Shown here in pieces: positions 11,665 to 21,728 of a stretch of 64,000 nucleotides of DNA. How positions within the stretch are numbered: position 1 is the stretch's first letter; each line of letters opens with the position of its first letter. The translations under genes and the position numbers were made by a program. This DNA is from an uncultured Phycisphaerales bacterium (GTDB lineage: Bacteria > Planctomycetota > Phycisphaerae > Tepidisphaerales > Tepidisphaeraceae): NCBI GenBank assembly GCA_963844715.1, contig CAWJPJ010000006.1:1024001-1088000 (forward strand), read 5' to 3'. The notes beneath the pieces are model-generated. The model saw only the letters and a program-made list of their open reading frames with translations. It was not told the DNA's origin and did not search any database.

Positions 11665-12942
11665 TCAATTGCCAGAGTCGCGAATCGCCGCCTGAACCAG
11701 ATTTCGATACGGCTCGGCCACGTGCAATCTTCTAAACATCAACTGCCGGCCGAGCGATTCCGTCATCGGCGAGATTTCCGCCAGCGTTGTCAGCTTCCCC
11801 CGCGCATCCGCCACCAGAATTTGCGCCCCCGGCGCCTGCGCATCGTAAATCTCATAAGGCGTATCCGCCGGCTGATCGTAAAAAAGATCATAATCGGCAT
11901 CCCCTCCTGCCGTCACAATCGCCGCACGCGCTGCCTCGACGATTTTCTCCGCTTCCCGCCAATCGGTGATGTTCGAAATGTCGAGCGTCTTGAAAAGCTT
12001 CCGGAAAAGCAGCCCATGGCATAGCCGCGCCAGGATCGGATCGTCCCCGCGCGTCCACTGTTTGAGACACTGCTGTAGCGCCACATCATCCAAATCCGTA
12101 AATTCCTCCACCGACAGCCGCTGCCCCACAAGCGTCTTATAAATTGGCTGATCCCGATCCGGCCAAGGCAACCGGTCCTGCACCGCCAGTCTGGCCGCGC
12201 GTTGAATCGCCAGCTTCAGCATCCCCTCCGCGGCACGAACGACCTTGTGAAAATAAACATTGCGATACATGTGATACCGCGACTGCAAATACGCCTCCAC
12301 GGCACTAACGCCCTTCCACGTTACGGCCAGCCGATCCCCAGCCACAGTCAGCGCATGCAGAACCCACGTTAGATCGAAATCCCCATAGCGGCTTCCCGTA
12401 TGCAAATTATCCCGCAGCAAATAATCGAATCGATCCGCATCAAGCTGGCTGGAAATAATGTCTCGATGCACCGACGGCTTGGCCTTCGGACTCAGCAACT
12501 CCGCAACTTTCCCCGGCAACTGCGAATCATATTCCGCCAGTGCGGAGTGCACCTCGCTCGACGCATCGCGAATAATGCCCAGCGTGACTGACTCATGCCG
12601 ATCCCCCGTCACATGTTCAAACACGTGACTGAACGGCCCATGCCCCAGATCGTGCAAGAGCGCAGCGCACAGACAAGCCGTCGAATCTTCCGCATTCCCC
12701 GACCCATCCCGATCGAGCTGCCTCAGAATCAGCCGGGCCGTCTGCATGACCCCCAGGCTATGGCTGTACCGCGAATGGTCCGCCCCTGGATATGCCAGCG
12801 AGGCCATCCCAAGCTGCCGAACCCGCCGCAACCGCTGAAATTCACGCGTGTTAATGAGCCTGAAGAGCAACGCGTCCGCCGGCTGATCGAGCCGAAAGGC
12901 GATCACATCGTGCACCGGGTCGCGTATTATTTTCTCTGCCAT
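11665..12942 (-). CDS. HD-domain phosphohydrolase (dNTP triphosphohydrolase / SAMHD1-like family)
   Basis: 'IRDPVH', 'FQRLRRVRQLG', 'HSRYSHSLG', 'LLHDLGHGPFSH', 'LDADRFDYLLRD', 'VYFHK'. Confidence 0.92.
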   Translation of the reverse strand: MAEKIIRDPVHDVIAFRLDQPADALLFRLINTREFQRLRRVRQLGMASLAYPGADHSRYSHSLGVMQTARLILRQLDRDGSGNAEDSTACLCAALLHDLGHGPFSHVFEHVTGDRHESVTLGIIRDASSEVHSALAEYDSQLPGKVAELLSPKAKPSVHRDIISSQLDADRFDYLLRDNLHTGSRYGDFDLTWVLHALTVAGDRLAVTWKGVSAVEAYLQSRYHMYRNVYFHKVVRAAEGMLKLAIQRAARLAVQDRLPWPDRDQPIYKTLVGQRLSVEEFTDLDDVALQQCLKQWTRGDDPILARLCHGLLFRKLFKTLDISNITDWREAEKIVEAARAAIVTAGGDADYDLFYDQPADTPYEIYDAQAPGAQILVADARGKLTTLAEISPMTESLGRQLMFRRLHVAEPYRNLVQAAIRDSGN

Positions 12943-12969
12943 CGCCGCTGGTAGTGTAAAATAGCAGGG

Positions 12970-13299
12970 ATGATCATGCGAATATTAAGACTAGCCCCCC
13001 TCCTGGCCGCCCTGACGCTATGCGGCGCCATGCCCATGGCCAGCCCCGTGGCAAAAACCGTTCAGGTCTCCATCAAAGGCGGATTCATTCCCCAGTCCAT
13101 CACCATCAACGTCCGCGATTCCGTCACCTGGCGAAACACCGATACCTCGGACCACGACGTCACCGCCCTCGACGGCACCTTCAAGTCCGGAAACCTCAAG
13201 CCCGGCGACACATTCACCTGGACATTCCGAGCGGCGGGAATCGAGCAATATGAATGCTCCCTACACCCCAGGGAGCGAGGAACCGTGACGGTGCAATAG
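12970..13299 (+). CDS. Secreted cupredoxin (plastocyanin/amicyanin-like)
   Basis: Signal peptide; 'F.PQSITI', 'VTWRN.D..DHDVT', 'YECSLHP'. Confidence 0.85.
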   Translation: MIMRILRLAPLLAALTLCGAMPMASPVAKTVQVSIKGGFIPQSITINVRDSVTWRNTDTSDHDVTALDGTFKSGNLKPGDTFTWTFRAAGIEQYECSLHPRERGTVTVQ

Positions 13300-13303
13300 G
13301 ATT

Positions 13304-13390
13304 GAGAGACATAGAGACAAAGAGACGGAGAGACGGAGAGACGAAGTGTCAGATTGGAGCACTTCGTCTCTCCGTCTCTATGTCTTTTTT
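13304..13390. terminator. Long hairpin of 8-bp AGAGACRG-type units between convergent genes
   Basis: AGAGACGGAGAGACGAAGTG pairs with CACTTCGTCTCTCCGTCTCT, followed by a T run. Confidence 0.65.
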
Positions 13391-13395
13391 TTTAT

Positions 13396-13776
13396 TTACG
13401 CCGCGTCGAGCTGCGCCGAAGTGTTCGCCACAAATTCGATCCCCGCTGACAGAGTTGTCCGGGCCGGATCGGAGGATCGATTCACCCACACCACTCTGGC
13501 TGGGATCATCTGCCTGCGATTGGCCAGCGCCTGACCCTGCTCATTGAGCCCCACGTGGATGGTCAGCAGTTTCCCCGGGCAAAGAGGTAGGGACCGGGGT
13601 AGTTCCAGGCGCAGGCCGGTGGCGCTGACGTCCTGGGTCTGCCCGCCGAAGTAACGCGAGACCGTCGGCTCGAAGACTTTGATCGGCCGATTCTGTTGAA
13701 TACGCAATCCGCGGCGGCGTTCCACGCCGGAGTCCGCCGACTGCATGCCGTCCTGGGTTTCGGTCAAGGTCAACAT
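13396..13776 (-). CDS. Stand-alone PilZ domain protein
   Basis: RxxxR ('RRGLR') and DxSxxG ('DVSATG') motifs; 'ARVVWV'. Confidence 0.85.
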   Translation of the reverse strand: MLTLTETQDGMQSADSGVERRRGLRIQQNRPIKVFEPTVSRYFGGQTQDVSATGLRLELPRSLPLCPGKLLTIHVGLNEQGQALANRRQMIPARVVWVNRSSDPARTTLSAGIEFVANTSAQLDAA

Positions 13777-13797
13777 GACGCTGCCTCCCAGTTTCAG

Positions 13798-13825
13798 TTA
13801 TCGGAACAATGCGGTGAGAAATTAG
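13798..13825 (-). promoter_or_regulatory. sigma28 (FliA)-like promoter
   Basis: Minus strand CTAAT-N15-TCCGATAA just upstream of the GGAGG RBS of the PilZ gene. Confidence 0.6.
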
Positions 13826-13933
13826 AAAAATTTTGGCTTCTTTTCATGCCGACCGCACGATTCCGTGAAAAACGCCACTGACGAGCGCCAGAGGCGTATC
13901 GCATTGCGCGATGCCCGTTTATATTGGACCCCC

Positions 13934-16796
13934 ATGGGATACAACTTCACCGCCATTGAGAAGAAATGGCAGCAATATTGGCTCAAAAACCGCTCCTTCC
14001 GGGCCTTGGACCCCCAGGAGGCGGGCGCCAAACCCAAGGCTTACGTGCTGGACATGTTCCCCTATCCCAGCGGCGCGGGCCTGCATGTCGGGCACCCCGA
14101 GGGATACACCGCCACCGACATCATGTCCCGCTATCTCCGCATGCGCGGCTTCAACGTCCTCCATCCCATGGGTTGGGACGCCTTCGGCCTGCCCGCCGAG
14201 CAATACGCCATCAAGCAAAACGTCCACCCGCGCGTCACCACCGAGCAAAACATCGATAACTTCCGCCGCCAGATCCAGATGCTCGGCCTCTCTTACGACT
14301 GGGACCGCGAGATCGACACCACCGACCCGATGTACTACCGCTGGACCCAGTGGATCTTCCTCCAGCTCTTCAACAGCTATTTCGACCCCCAGGATCAAAA
14401 GGCACGGCCCATCAGCGCTCTGATCGACGAACTGCAAAGCGAGCGCTACGTCGTCGCCCCGGACGGATCGATCCGCTTTAATCCTGTCCATGAAGCCACC
14501 GAGGCCATCAGTTGGGAGTCCCACGTCGAGCGCACCTGGAAGGAACTGAGCGAGGACGACCGCCGCGATATTCTCGACGGCCAGCGCCTCGCCTACATGG
14601 ATGAAATTCCCGTCAACTGGTGCCCCGCCCTCGGGACCGTCCTGGCCAACGAGGAAGTCATCGACGGCAAAAGCGAAGTCGGCGGGTTCCCCGTGATCAA
14701 GCAGCCCATGCGCCAATGGATGCTTCGCATCACCGCCTATGCCGACCGGCTCCTGGACGATCTCGACGACTTGGATTGGCCCGAAAGTTTGAAGGAGATG
14801 CAGCGCAACTGGATCGGCAAAAGCGTCGGCGCCGAAATCGACTTCGACATTGAGGGGGATGACGAAGAATCAATCACCGTCTTCACGACTCGCCCCGATA
14901 CTTTATATGGCGCGACGTATATGGTCCTTTCCCCCGAACACCCGCTGGTGGAAAAACTGACCACGCCGGAGCATCGCGATGACGTGAAGAAATATCAGGA
15001 GTCCGTCGCCACCAAAAGCGAGCGCGACCGGATGGCCGATGCCAAGGACAAAACCGGCGTCTTCACCGGCGCTTTTGCGATCAATCCGATCAACGACGAG
15101 TTGATCCCGATTTGGATCGCGGATTACGTTCTGATGGGTTACGGCACCGGCGCGATCATGGCGGTTCCCGCCCACGACCAGCGCGATTTCGATTTCGCGA
15201 CTAAATTTCATCTGCCGATTCGCACGGTTGTCAGGCCCGCCAAAGGCGAAGCGCCCGCCGATCGCGCCTTCGAAGGGGATGGATTCGCAGTCAATTCCCC
15301 CGTCATCGAAGGTTTGCCGACCGCGCTGGCGAAGGAAGAGATTACCAAAGTCGTGGACGCCGAGGGATTCGGGCAGGCCTCGGTGAAATATAAACTCCGC
15401 GATTGGCTCTTCAGCCGGCAGCGCTATTGGGGCGAGCCGTTCCCCATCATTCTCGACGCCCAGGGGAACGCCTGGGCCGTCCCAGAGGATCAGTTGCCCA
15501 TTACTCTGCCCGAACTGGAGGATTTTAAACCCACCGGCACCCCCGAGCCGCCGCTATCCAAGGCCAGGGACTGGGTCCGCGTAAATCTCGACGGCCAACC
15601 CGCCGTACGCGAAACCAACACCATGCCCCAATGGGCCGGAAGTTGCTGGTACTACCTCCGCTATATCGATCCGCACAACACCGAACAGCTTCGTCGATCC
15701 GGAAAAGGAAAAATACTGGATGCCCGTCGATCTCTACGTCGGCGGCGTCGAACATGCCGTCCTGCATCTCCTCTATTCGCGCTTCTGGCACAAGGTCTTG
15801 TTCGACCTCGGCCACGTCTCAACCGCCGAGCCCTTCAAAAAACTGATCAATCAAGGCCTCATCCTCGGCGAAACCGAATTCCACGTCTTTCACGACGAGT
15901 CCGGAAAACCCGTCAGCGTCTCGGAGCTGCGCGACATCGCCGAAGAAGCCGGCGCCGACGGCGTGAAAATGATCGGGACCCGAAAAGACACCGGCCAAAA
16001 GCTCCTCGGTCGGCGCATCGACGAAAGCGAAGTCGAAAAATCCGGCGACGGATATGTTTTGAAATCCGACCCCAAAATCCGCGTTGACGGCCGCAGTTTC
16101 AAAATGAGCAAGAGCCGCGGCAACGTCGTCAACCCCGACCAGATCGTCGGCGATTACGGCGCCGACACCTTCCGCCTCTATGAGATGTACATGGGCCCAC
16201 TTGAAGCCCAAAAGCCCTGGAACACCCGCGACATCGTCGGCATGTCGCGATTCCTGGCCGGAGTCTATCGAAATCTAGTCGGCGACGACGAAACCCAGAA
16301 AAAGGCCCAAATTACTTCCGAACCCATCCCCGACGCGCTCGATCGCCAATTGCATCGCACCATCAAAAAGGTCGGCGACGACATCGAAGCCCTGCGTTTC
16401 AACACGGCCATCGCCCAGCTCATCATCCTCAACAACGAGATGGGCAAGCTGAAAAGCGTCCCCCGCGACTTGGCCGAAAAGTTCACGCTGCTGCTCGCCC
16501 CCTTCGCGCCGCATTTGGCGGAAGAAATCTGGAGCCTCCTCGGTCACACCGAGAGCCTCACCCGCCACCCCTGGCCGACGTTTGATCCGGCCAAGCTCAC
16601 GGATTCGACCGTTGAACTGGCCGTACAAGTCAACGGCAAACTGCGCGGCACAGTCAGCGTCCCCGCCGACGCAGCCGAAGAAGCCGCGATCACCGCCGCC
16701 CGAGAAGTCCCCAACGTCAAACCCTGGCTCGAAGGCAAAACCGTCGTCAAAAGCTTGTACGTTCAAAAGAAACTCGTGAATTTCGTCGTAAAATAA
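13934..16796 (+). CDS. leuS: Leucine--tRNA ligase, one frameshift near 15690
   Basis: 'MFPYPSG', HIGH-type 'HVGH', 'FTTRPDT' editing domain, '[11 protein letters not shown]', 'KMSKS'. Confidence 0.97.
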
Positions 16797-16807
16797 GTCG
16801 TGCAATA

Positions 16808-17369
16808 ATGGGCCAGGAAATCGAAGCCAAAATGAAGGTCCCCGACCACGACGGCGATGCGCAATCTCCTCAAGCAACTTGGCGCAAAACCCGCCGGCGA
16901 AAAATTGGAAACCAACATCTTCTTCGACGCCCCTGATTCCTCCCTTCGCAAAGCCGGCAAAGGCCTGCGCATTCGCGTCGCCGAAAGCCCCACCGGCGAA
17001 AAGAACTGCACCATCACTTTCAAAGGCCCGTTACAGAAAAGTGAATTGAAATCCCGCGAAGAAATCGAATTCACCGCCAGCGATCCCGACGCCGCGCAAC
17101 AACTCCTCGAACATCTCGGCTACGCCCCCACCCTCACTTTCCAAAAACGCCGCGAATCCTGGCGGCTCGACGATTGCAAAATCGAACTCGACACCATGCC
17201 CCATCTCGGCACCTACGTCGAAATCGAAGGCCCCGGCGAAAAAGCCGTGATGGCCGTGCGCGAAAAATTAAATCTCTCCGCCGACCCTCTTATTTCAAGC
17301 GCTTACGTCTCCCTATTGGCAAAATATCTCGAAGAACACGCCATTCGAGAGACTTTCGTTCGACTGTAG
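16808..17369 (+). CDS. CYTH domain protein (class IV adenylate cyclase-like), frameshift near N-terminus
   Basis: ExExK motif 'EIEAK', 'LRIR', 'FKGP', 'SREEIE', 'YVEIEG'. Confidence 0.85.
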
Positions 17370-17443
17370 TAATTGCGACCGAATCTCCCCGACGCCCAAG
17401 GCTCGACAGCCCTCCCCGATCCGATTACTTTCCCGGTATTGCT

Positions 17444-18361
17444 ATGGCGGACAAGGCGTTCCTCGTTCAAAAATTCGCCAAGATTCCACTTGGATCGATT
17501 CACGTCGTCGGCTACAGCGTCGCCGGCGAAGAGACCCTCGTCCAAGTCCCCGAGCTCAACGTCTGCTTCGACATCGGCCGCTGTCCCCACTTCGCTCTCA
17601 CCAGCGATATCGTCTGCATCTCACACGGCCACATGGATCACATCGCCGGCTTGCCCTATTACCTCTCCCAAAGATCGTTCCAGGGAATGAAAACCGGTAC
17701 CGTCCTCTTGCCGCGCGAACTCGCCCGCCCCGTAGAGAATCTTTTGAAATGCTGGCGCGACGTCGAACGCCAGGCCACCCCCTACGACATCGTCGGCATG
17801 TCCCCCGGCGACATCCACCAGGTCCGCAAGGATTTTCTCATCCGCTGCTTCGCCACCCACCACGGCTCCGCCAGCCTCGGCTATTCCCTCGTCAGCGTCC
17901 GCGAAAAACTCAAACCCGAGTACATGGGCACTCCCGGCCAGGAACTGGCCGCCCTGCGCAAGAAAGGCGTCGAAATCCAATACCGCGTCGAAGTCCCCCT
18001 CGTCGCATTTCTCGGCGACACCACCATGGGCGCCGTCTTCGATCATCCCGACGTCCAGACCGCCGAGGTGCTCATCACCGAATGCACCTTCTTCGAACCC
18101 GAGCACAAAGCCAAAGCCAAAGTCGGCCGCCACCTTCACGTCGACCAGTTCGTGAACCTCATCGCCAACCTGAAGAACAAGGAGATCGTTCTCACCCACG
18201 TCTCCCGCCGCACCAGCGTCCGCCGCGCCCGAGGAATCCTCCGAAAAGCCCTCGGCAACGAGCGAATGAAGAACATCCATTTCCTGATGGATTTCGAGGG
18301 ATCGACGGATGCGGGGGATATTGATGCCCTGGTCCCGCCGTCGACGGGCGATGCGACATAG
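17444..18361 (+). CDS. MBL-fold hydrolase, tRNase Z-like
   Basis: 'SHGHMDH', exosite-like 'EKLKPEY', 'FLGDT', 'ITECTF', 'LTHVSRR'. Confidence 0.8.
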   Translation: MADKAFLVQKFAKIPLGSIHVVGYSVAGEETLVQVPELNVCFDIGRCPHFALTSDIVCISHGHMDHIAGLPYYLSQRSFQGMKTGTVLLPRELARPVENLLKCWRDVERQATPYDIVGMSPGDIHQVRKDFLIRCFATHHGSASLGYSLVSVREKLKPEYMGTPGQELAALRKKGVEIQYRVEVPLVAFLGDTTMGAVFDHPDVQTAEVLITECTFFEPEHKAKAKVGRHLHVDQFVNLIANLKNKEIVLTHVSRRTSVRRARGILRKALGNERMKNIHFLMDFEGSTDAGDIDALVPPSTGDAT

Positions 18362-18478
18362 CGAAACCCGAAACCAGAATCAAGTCAGAATGCTCGAATC
18401 CCGAATGATACCAATTCGGTCATTCGGGCTTTCAGGCCTTCGGATTTGATTCGGAATTCTGGTTTCGGATTTCGGGTT
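18362..18478. repeat. Imperfect palindromic intergenic repeat with ~7-bp periodicity
   Basis: CGAAACCCGAAACCAGAAT ... ATTCTGGTTTCGGATTTCG between convergent genes. Confidence 0.6.
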
Positions 18479-18488
18479 TAGCCCGAGA

Positions 18489-19916
18489 TCACGCCGCTTC
18501 CAGCAGAAGCCCGCGTTTCTCGCCCCACTTGATCTTCCGGTACGCCTGCACCGAAACCGCCTGACTGTGCAGCAGCGGCTGCAACTGCTCCGCCGATAGA
18601 TCGGAGTAATCCACCAGCAAGCGCACGCTCGGAATCGCCTGGGCGTCGATCGCCAGTTGCGGCATCGCCATCCGGATCAGTTCGCAATTCTCATTCATCC
18701 AGCGAAGCGCCAGCCCGATCGGGCGAAGCTGGCTCAATCCTCGCCCCGCCACGGCCACGAGAATCAGCCGATGATCCCTCCCCACTGCCAGCACCGCCTG
18801 CGGGCACATCGGGGGTTTCAGCGGGCATTGCACCCACTCCCCGGCCGCTCCGCCGCGATTCACGATCGCTTCCAGAACCGATTCCTCCCCATCGTCGGGT
18901 AGATCGACAACTTCCTCAGCCGGATTCATCGCGGGCATGGGCATCACCTTTCTCGCTATCGTCGGCGGCGCTACAGGCTCAATCTTCATCGCCGGCGCTG
19001 CCGCCTGCGGGCGTTTAGGCGACACTTCCGTGCCCGCCGCAACACCGGACCCAGCGCGCGAAATGAAATCCGCGATCACGTGCCATTGCGGTCCGGCCGC
19101 GCCCTGCGGCTTATCTCGCCCTGCCCGGCAATGCAAAATCGGATGTTCCAGAATCCCCGCCTTCTCGCCGCCCGTTCGCACCGGCGACTGCGCCGCAATC
19201 CTGCAGCCCAGAAACTGCCCGGCCACCGCGTCAAGCTTGTGGAACACGGCGTCCGCTTCCGCGTCGTCGTGCGAATCCAGCACGGCCGCCGATATTTTCG
19301 GCTTGCCGATTTCCGCCAGGCCCTTCAGCGCCCGATAGGCCGCCACCACACCCTCGTGATCCGCCGTCGTCAGCAGAATCCACTGCGACGAAGCCCGCAA
19401 AAGCTCCCGAGCCTCCGGCGTGCGCGGATTGCCGATCGAAATCAGCCATCGATCCACGTCAAAGCTCATCTCCGCCAGTGTCTCGCTCATCCGCCGGGCG
19501 TCCAATTCGTCCGCGATCGGCGCGGCCGATTCCGTATGAATCGCGTCGCCCGACTCCGGCTCAAACCCCGTGATCGCAAATTCGTTTCCATCGATTTCAA
19601 TCAGCCCTACCCGCCCGCGCTTTCCAGCGACGTGACGGGCATATTGCCGAATCCGCTGCGGCGCATCAGAAAGATGTGAAGCCAGAATAATCGAGATTTC
19701 CGCCCCGCCTGCCGCCCCCTCGCCCCCCTCTTCGCCGCGCACCGCCGCCATTTCTTCCGGAGTCAGATCAACGCTTGCATGGGCCTTCGCCGCCGCCGGC
19801 TTCGCCGCCGCGCCCGGTGGCACGCGCGAAGGCCGAGCCCCCGGCCCGCCCGGCCGCTGTCGAATCTCGCTGAGGAAAAGGTGGCTGATCTCGCTGAGCG
19901 TCTGTTTGGAGTCCAT
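18489..19916 (-). CDS. Hypothetical protein with degenerate FlhG/MinD-like central domain
   Basis: 'RVGLIEID', 'ILLTTADHEGVVAAYRALK', 'EADAVFHKLDAVAGQFLG' resemble FlhG/FleN; no KGGxGK Walker A seen; RBS AGGA upstream. Confidence 0.6.
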   Translation of the reverse strand: MDSKQTLSEISHLFLSEIRQRPGGPGARPSRVPPGAAAKPAAAKAHASVDLTPEEMAAVRGEEGGEGAAGGAEISIILASHLSDAPQRIRQYARHVAGKRGRVGLIEIDGNEFAITGFEPESGDAIHTESAAPIADELDARRMSETLAEMSFDVDRWLISIGNPRTPEARELLRASSQWILLTTADHEGVVAAYRALKGLAEIGKPKISAAVLDSHDDAEADAVFHKLDAVAGQFLGCRIAAQSPVRTGGEKAGILEHPILHCRAGRDKPQGAAGPQWHVIADFISRAGSGVAAGTEVSPKRPQAAAPAMKIEPVAPPTIARKVMPMPAMNPAEEVVDLPDDGEESVLEAIVNRGGAAGEWVQCPLKPPMCPQAVLAVGRDHRLILVAVAGRGLSQLRPIGLALRWMNENCELIRMAMPQLAIDAQAIPSVRLLVDYSDLSAEQLQPLLHSQAVSVQAYRKIKWGEKRGLLLEAA

Positions 19917-19948
19917 GTTGTCCTTTCCTCGGCTCCGCCGGGGTGGTG

Positions 19949-21454
19949 TCAATCGACTTCGATCACGTTGTTCAGTTCTCCGAACTGATTGGTTTCAACG
20001 TAATTGTTGTGCGGGTCCGTCATCCACTTCCCGTCCACCACGAACCGGTAGCGATATCGCCCCGGCCGCAGCGGCAGGCACATCCAGAATTCGCCAGGCT
20101 GCCCTCGATTGATCATCGGCGTCGACATCAGAGACCAATTGTTAAAGTCCCCCGCGATCAAAACCTTCTTCGCGTCGCTGAAGCGGGCCGCGAAGATCAC
20201 TTCTCCGCCCACCTGCTTCACGCCGTAGAATTCCGCGATCTTCTGCGCCGTGGTCTTCATGGCCGGCGCAGGTTCCAGGGCTTCGGATGGCTCCGCCGCC
20301 TCCGACTCCTCTGGCTCCCGCACCGTCACCTCCACAATTTCCTCCGCAACCTCCACCTGCAAATCCTTGTCCTCCTGCATCACCAGAACGCCCATCGCCG
20401 AAGCGGAGCTTTCCACTTCCAGCGACGCTTGTGCCTGCGCCGGCGCCGGCTTCTCTTGCATCAAAGACGATCGATCAAATACCGGCTGGCTGAAAATCGG
20501 CGCGGGAGGCGAAAATGCGAATGGCGCCGAAGTCGGCACCGCCGCCGGAGCCGCCGCGGATGCCGCGCGTCATCGCCGCACTCTTCCCAAACTGCAAATT
20601 CGTAAGCTGCGCAAGCTGCTTCGCTCGCTGCACGAGTTCCGCCGGACGGGAGAGCGTTTCGCTGCTCGTCGGCTCCACTCTCCTCGGGCCGATGGCCCAT
20701 CAGCTCGCGCGCCAGGTTCAGGAAATCCTTGTAACCCCGGCTTCCCGGATCGTATTCCGTGATCGGCTGCCCGAAACTGGCCGCTTCCTTCAGCTTGGTG
20801 TTGAAGTTGACCGTGCTCTCCATCAGATATTCGCGGAATTTATTCCGCAGCTCCGACAGAACTTCGCGGGCCAGCTTGGTGCGCGTGTCGTAAAGCGTCG
20901 GCAGCACGCGGATCAAAATATCCTTGCCGCATTTCTCCCGCATGATCTCCAGCGTCTGCATCATCTTCGCCAGACCATGCAGGCTGAAATACCCCGTCTC
21001 CACCGGAACGATCACTTCGTCGCAAGCCCGCAGCGCGTTAAAGGTAATGAGCCCCACGCTCGGCGGGCAGTCGATGATGCACCACTGGTACGTCGGCGCC
21101 GCATGCCGCGAGCGCATTCTTCAGCCGATCCTCGCGACCCGGCCGCCCGGCGAACATCTGCTCGAACGCCGCCAGCTTGATATTCGCCGGCGAAAGATCG
21201 AAATCGCTGGCGATCTGCCAGACGGTGTCGACCAGACGAATCGGTGTCCCGTCGCGCTCTTCGATCAGCGCATCGAGAATGGTTCGTTCAATCTGTTCCT
21301 CGGGAACCGCCAGGCCCACGGCGCAGTGCCCCTGCGGATCCATGTCGACCAGCAAGGTCTTCTGACCCAGCCGTGCCAGGCAGGCCGCCAGGTTAATGCT
21401 CGTGGTGGTTTTCCCGCAGCCGCCCTTCTGGTTGATGATGGCGATGGTGCGCAT
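19949..21454 (-). CDS. ParA/Soj family ATPase fused to a C-terminal CBM48/AMPK1_CBM glycogen-binding domain, frameshifted
   Basis: 'NQKGGCGKTT', 'DMDPQG', 'IIDCPPS', 'LPTLYD.RT'; C-terminal 'IAGDFNNW...GRYRYRFVVDGKWMTDP'. Confidence 0.85.
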
Positions 21455-21574
21455 TGAGACGCCTTCCTTGGACGTGTGGCTCGCGCTTGTATGGCAGAGC
21501 CGATCCTTCGACCCTTGAGTTCCAGAATGCCCTCATCTTCTGCGCCGTCGCGCAAGAGACCGCATCCAACCGAA

Positions 21575-21603
21575 TTATCGGGAGGTGAGCTTGGAGAACT
21601 TTA
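21575..21603 (-). promoter_or_regulatory. sigma28 (FliA)-like promoter
   Basis: Minus strand TAAAG-N16-CCCGATAA; a second TCCGATAA about 30 bp upstream. Confidence 0.65.
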
Positions 21604-21728
21604 CTTTTATCGGACAACGTCAATCAGACCCGATTCGCTTCCCCAGCAAGCGAAAAAATGACCCCCTTTGTATTTCCCATCCATGCCCTCCGTGAAATCC
21701 GCGGTTTATTCGCATACGATTGGCCACC

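Noticed and set aside
11665..12942. HD dNTPase as an anti-phage defence gene
   Set aside because: Looks like the widespread housekeeping family, in a core-gene context with no defence genes nearby.
13934..16796. Frameshifts in leuS and about 25 other genes as pseudogenes or programmed frameshifting
   Set aside because: They hit essential genes (leuS, dapF, adk), are spread evenly, and leave motifs intact on both sides. Long-read indel error is the simplest explanation.
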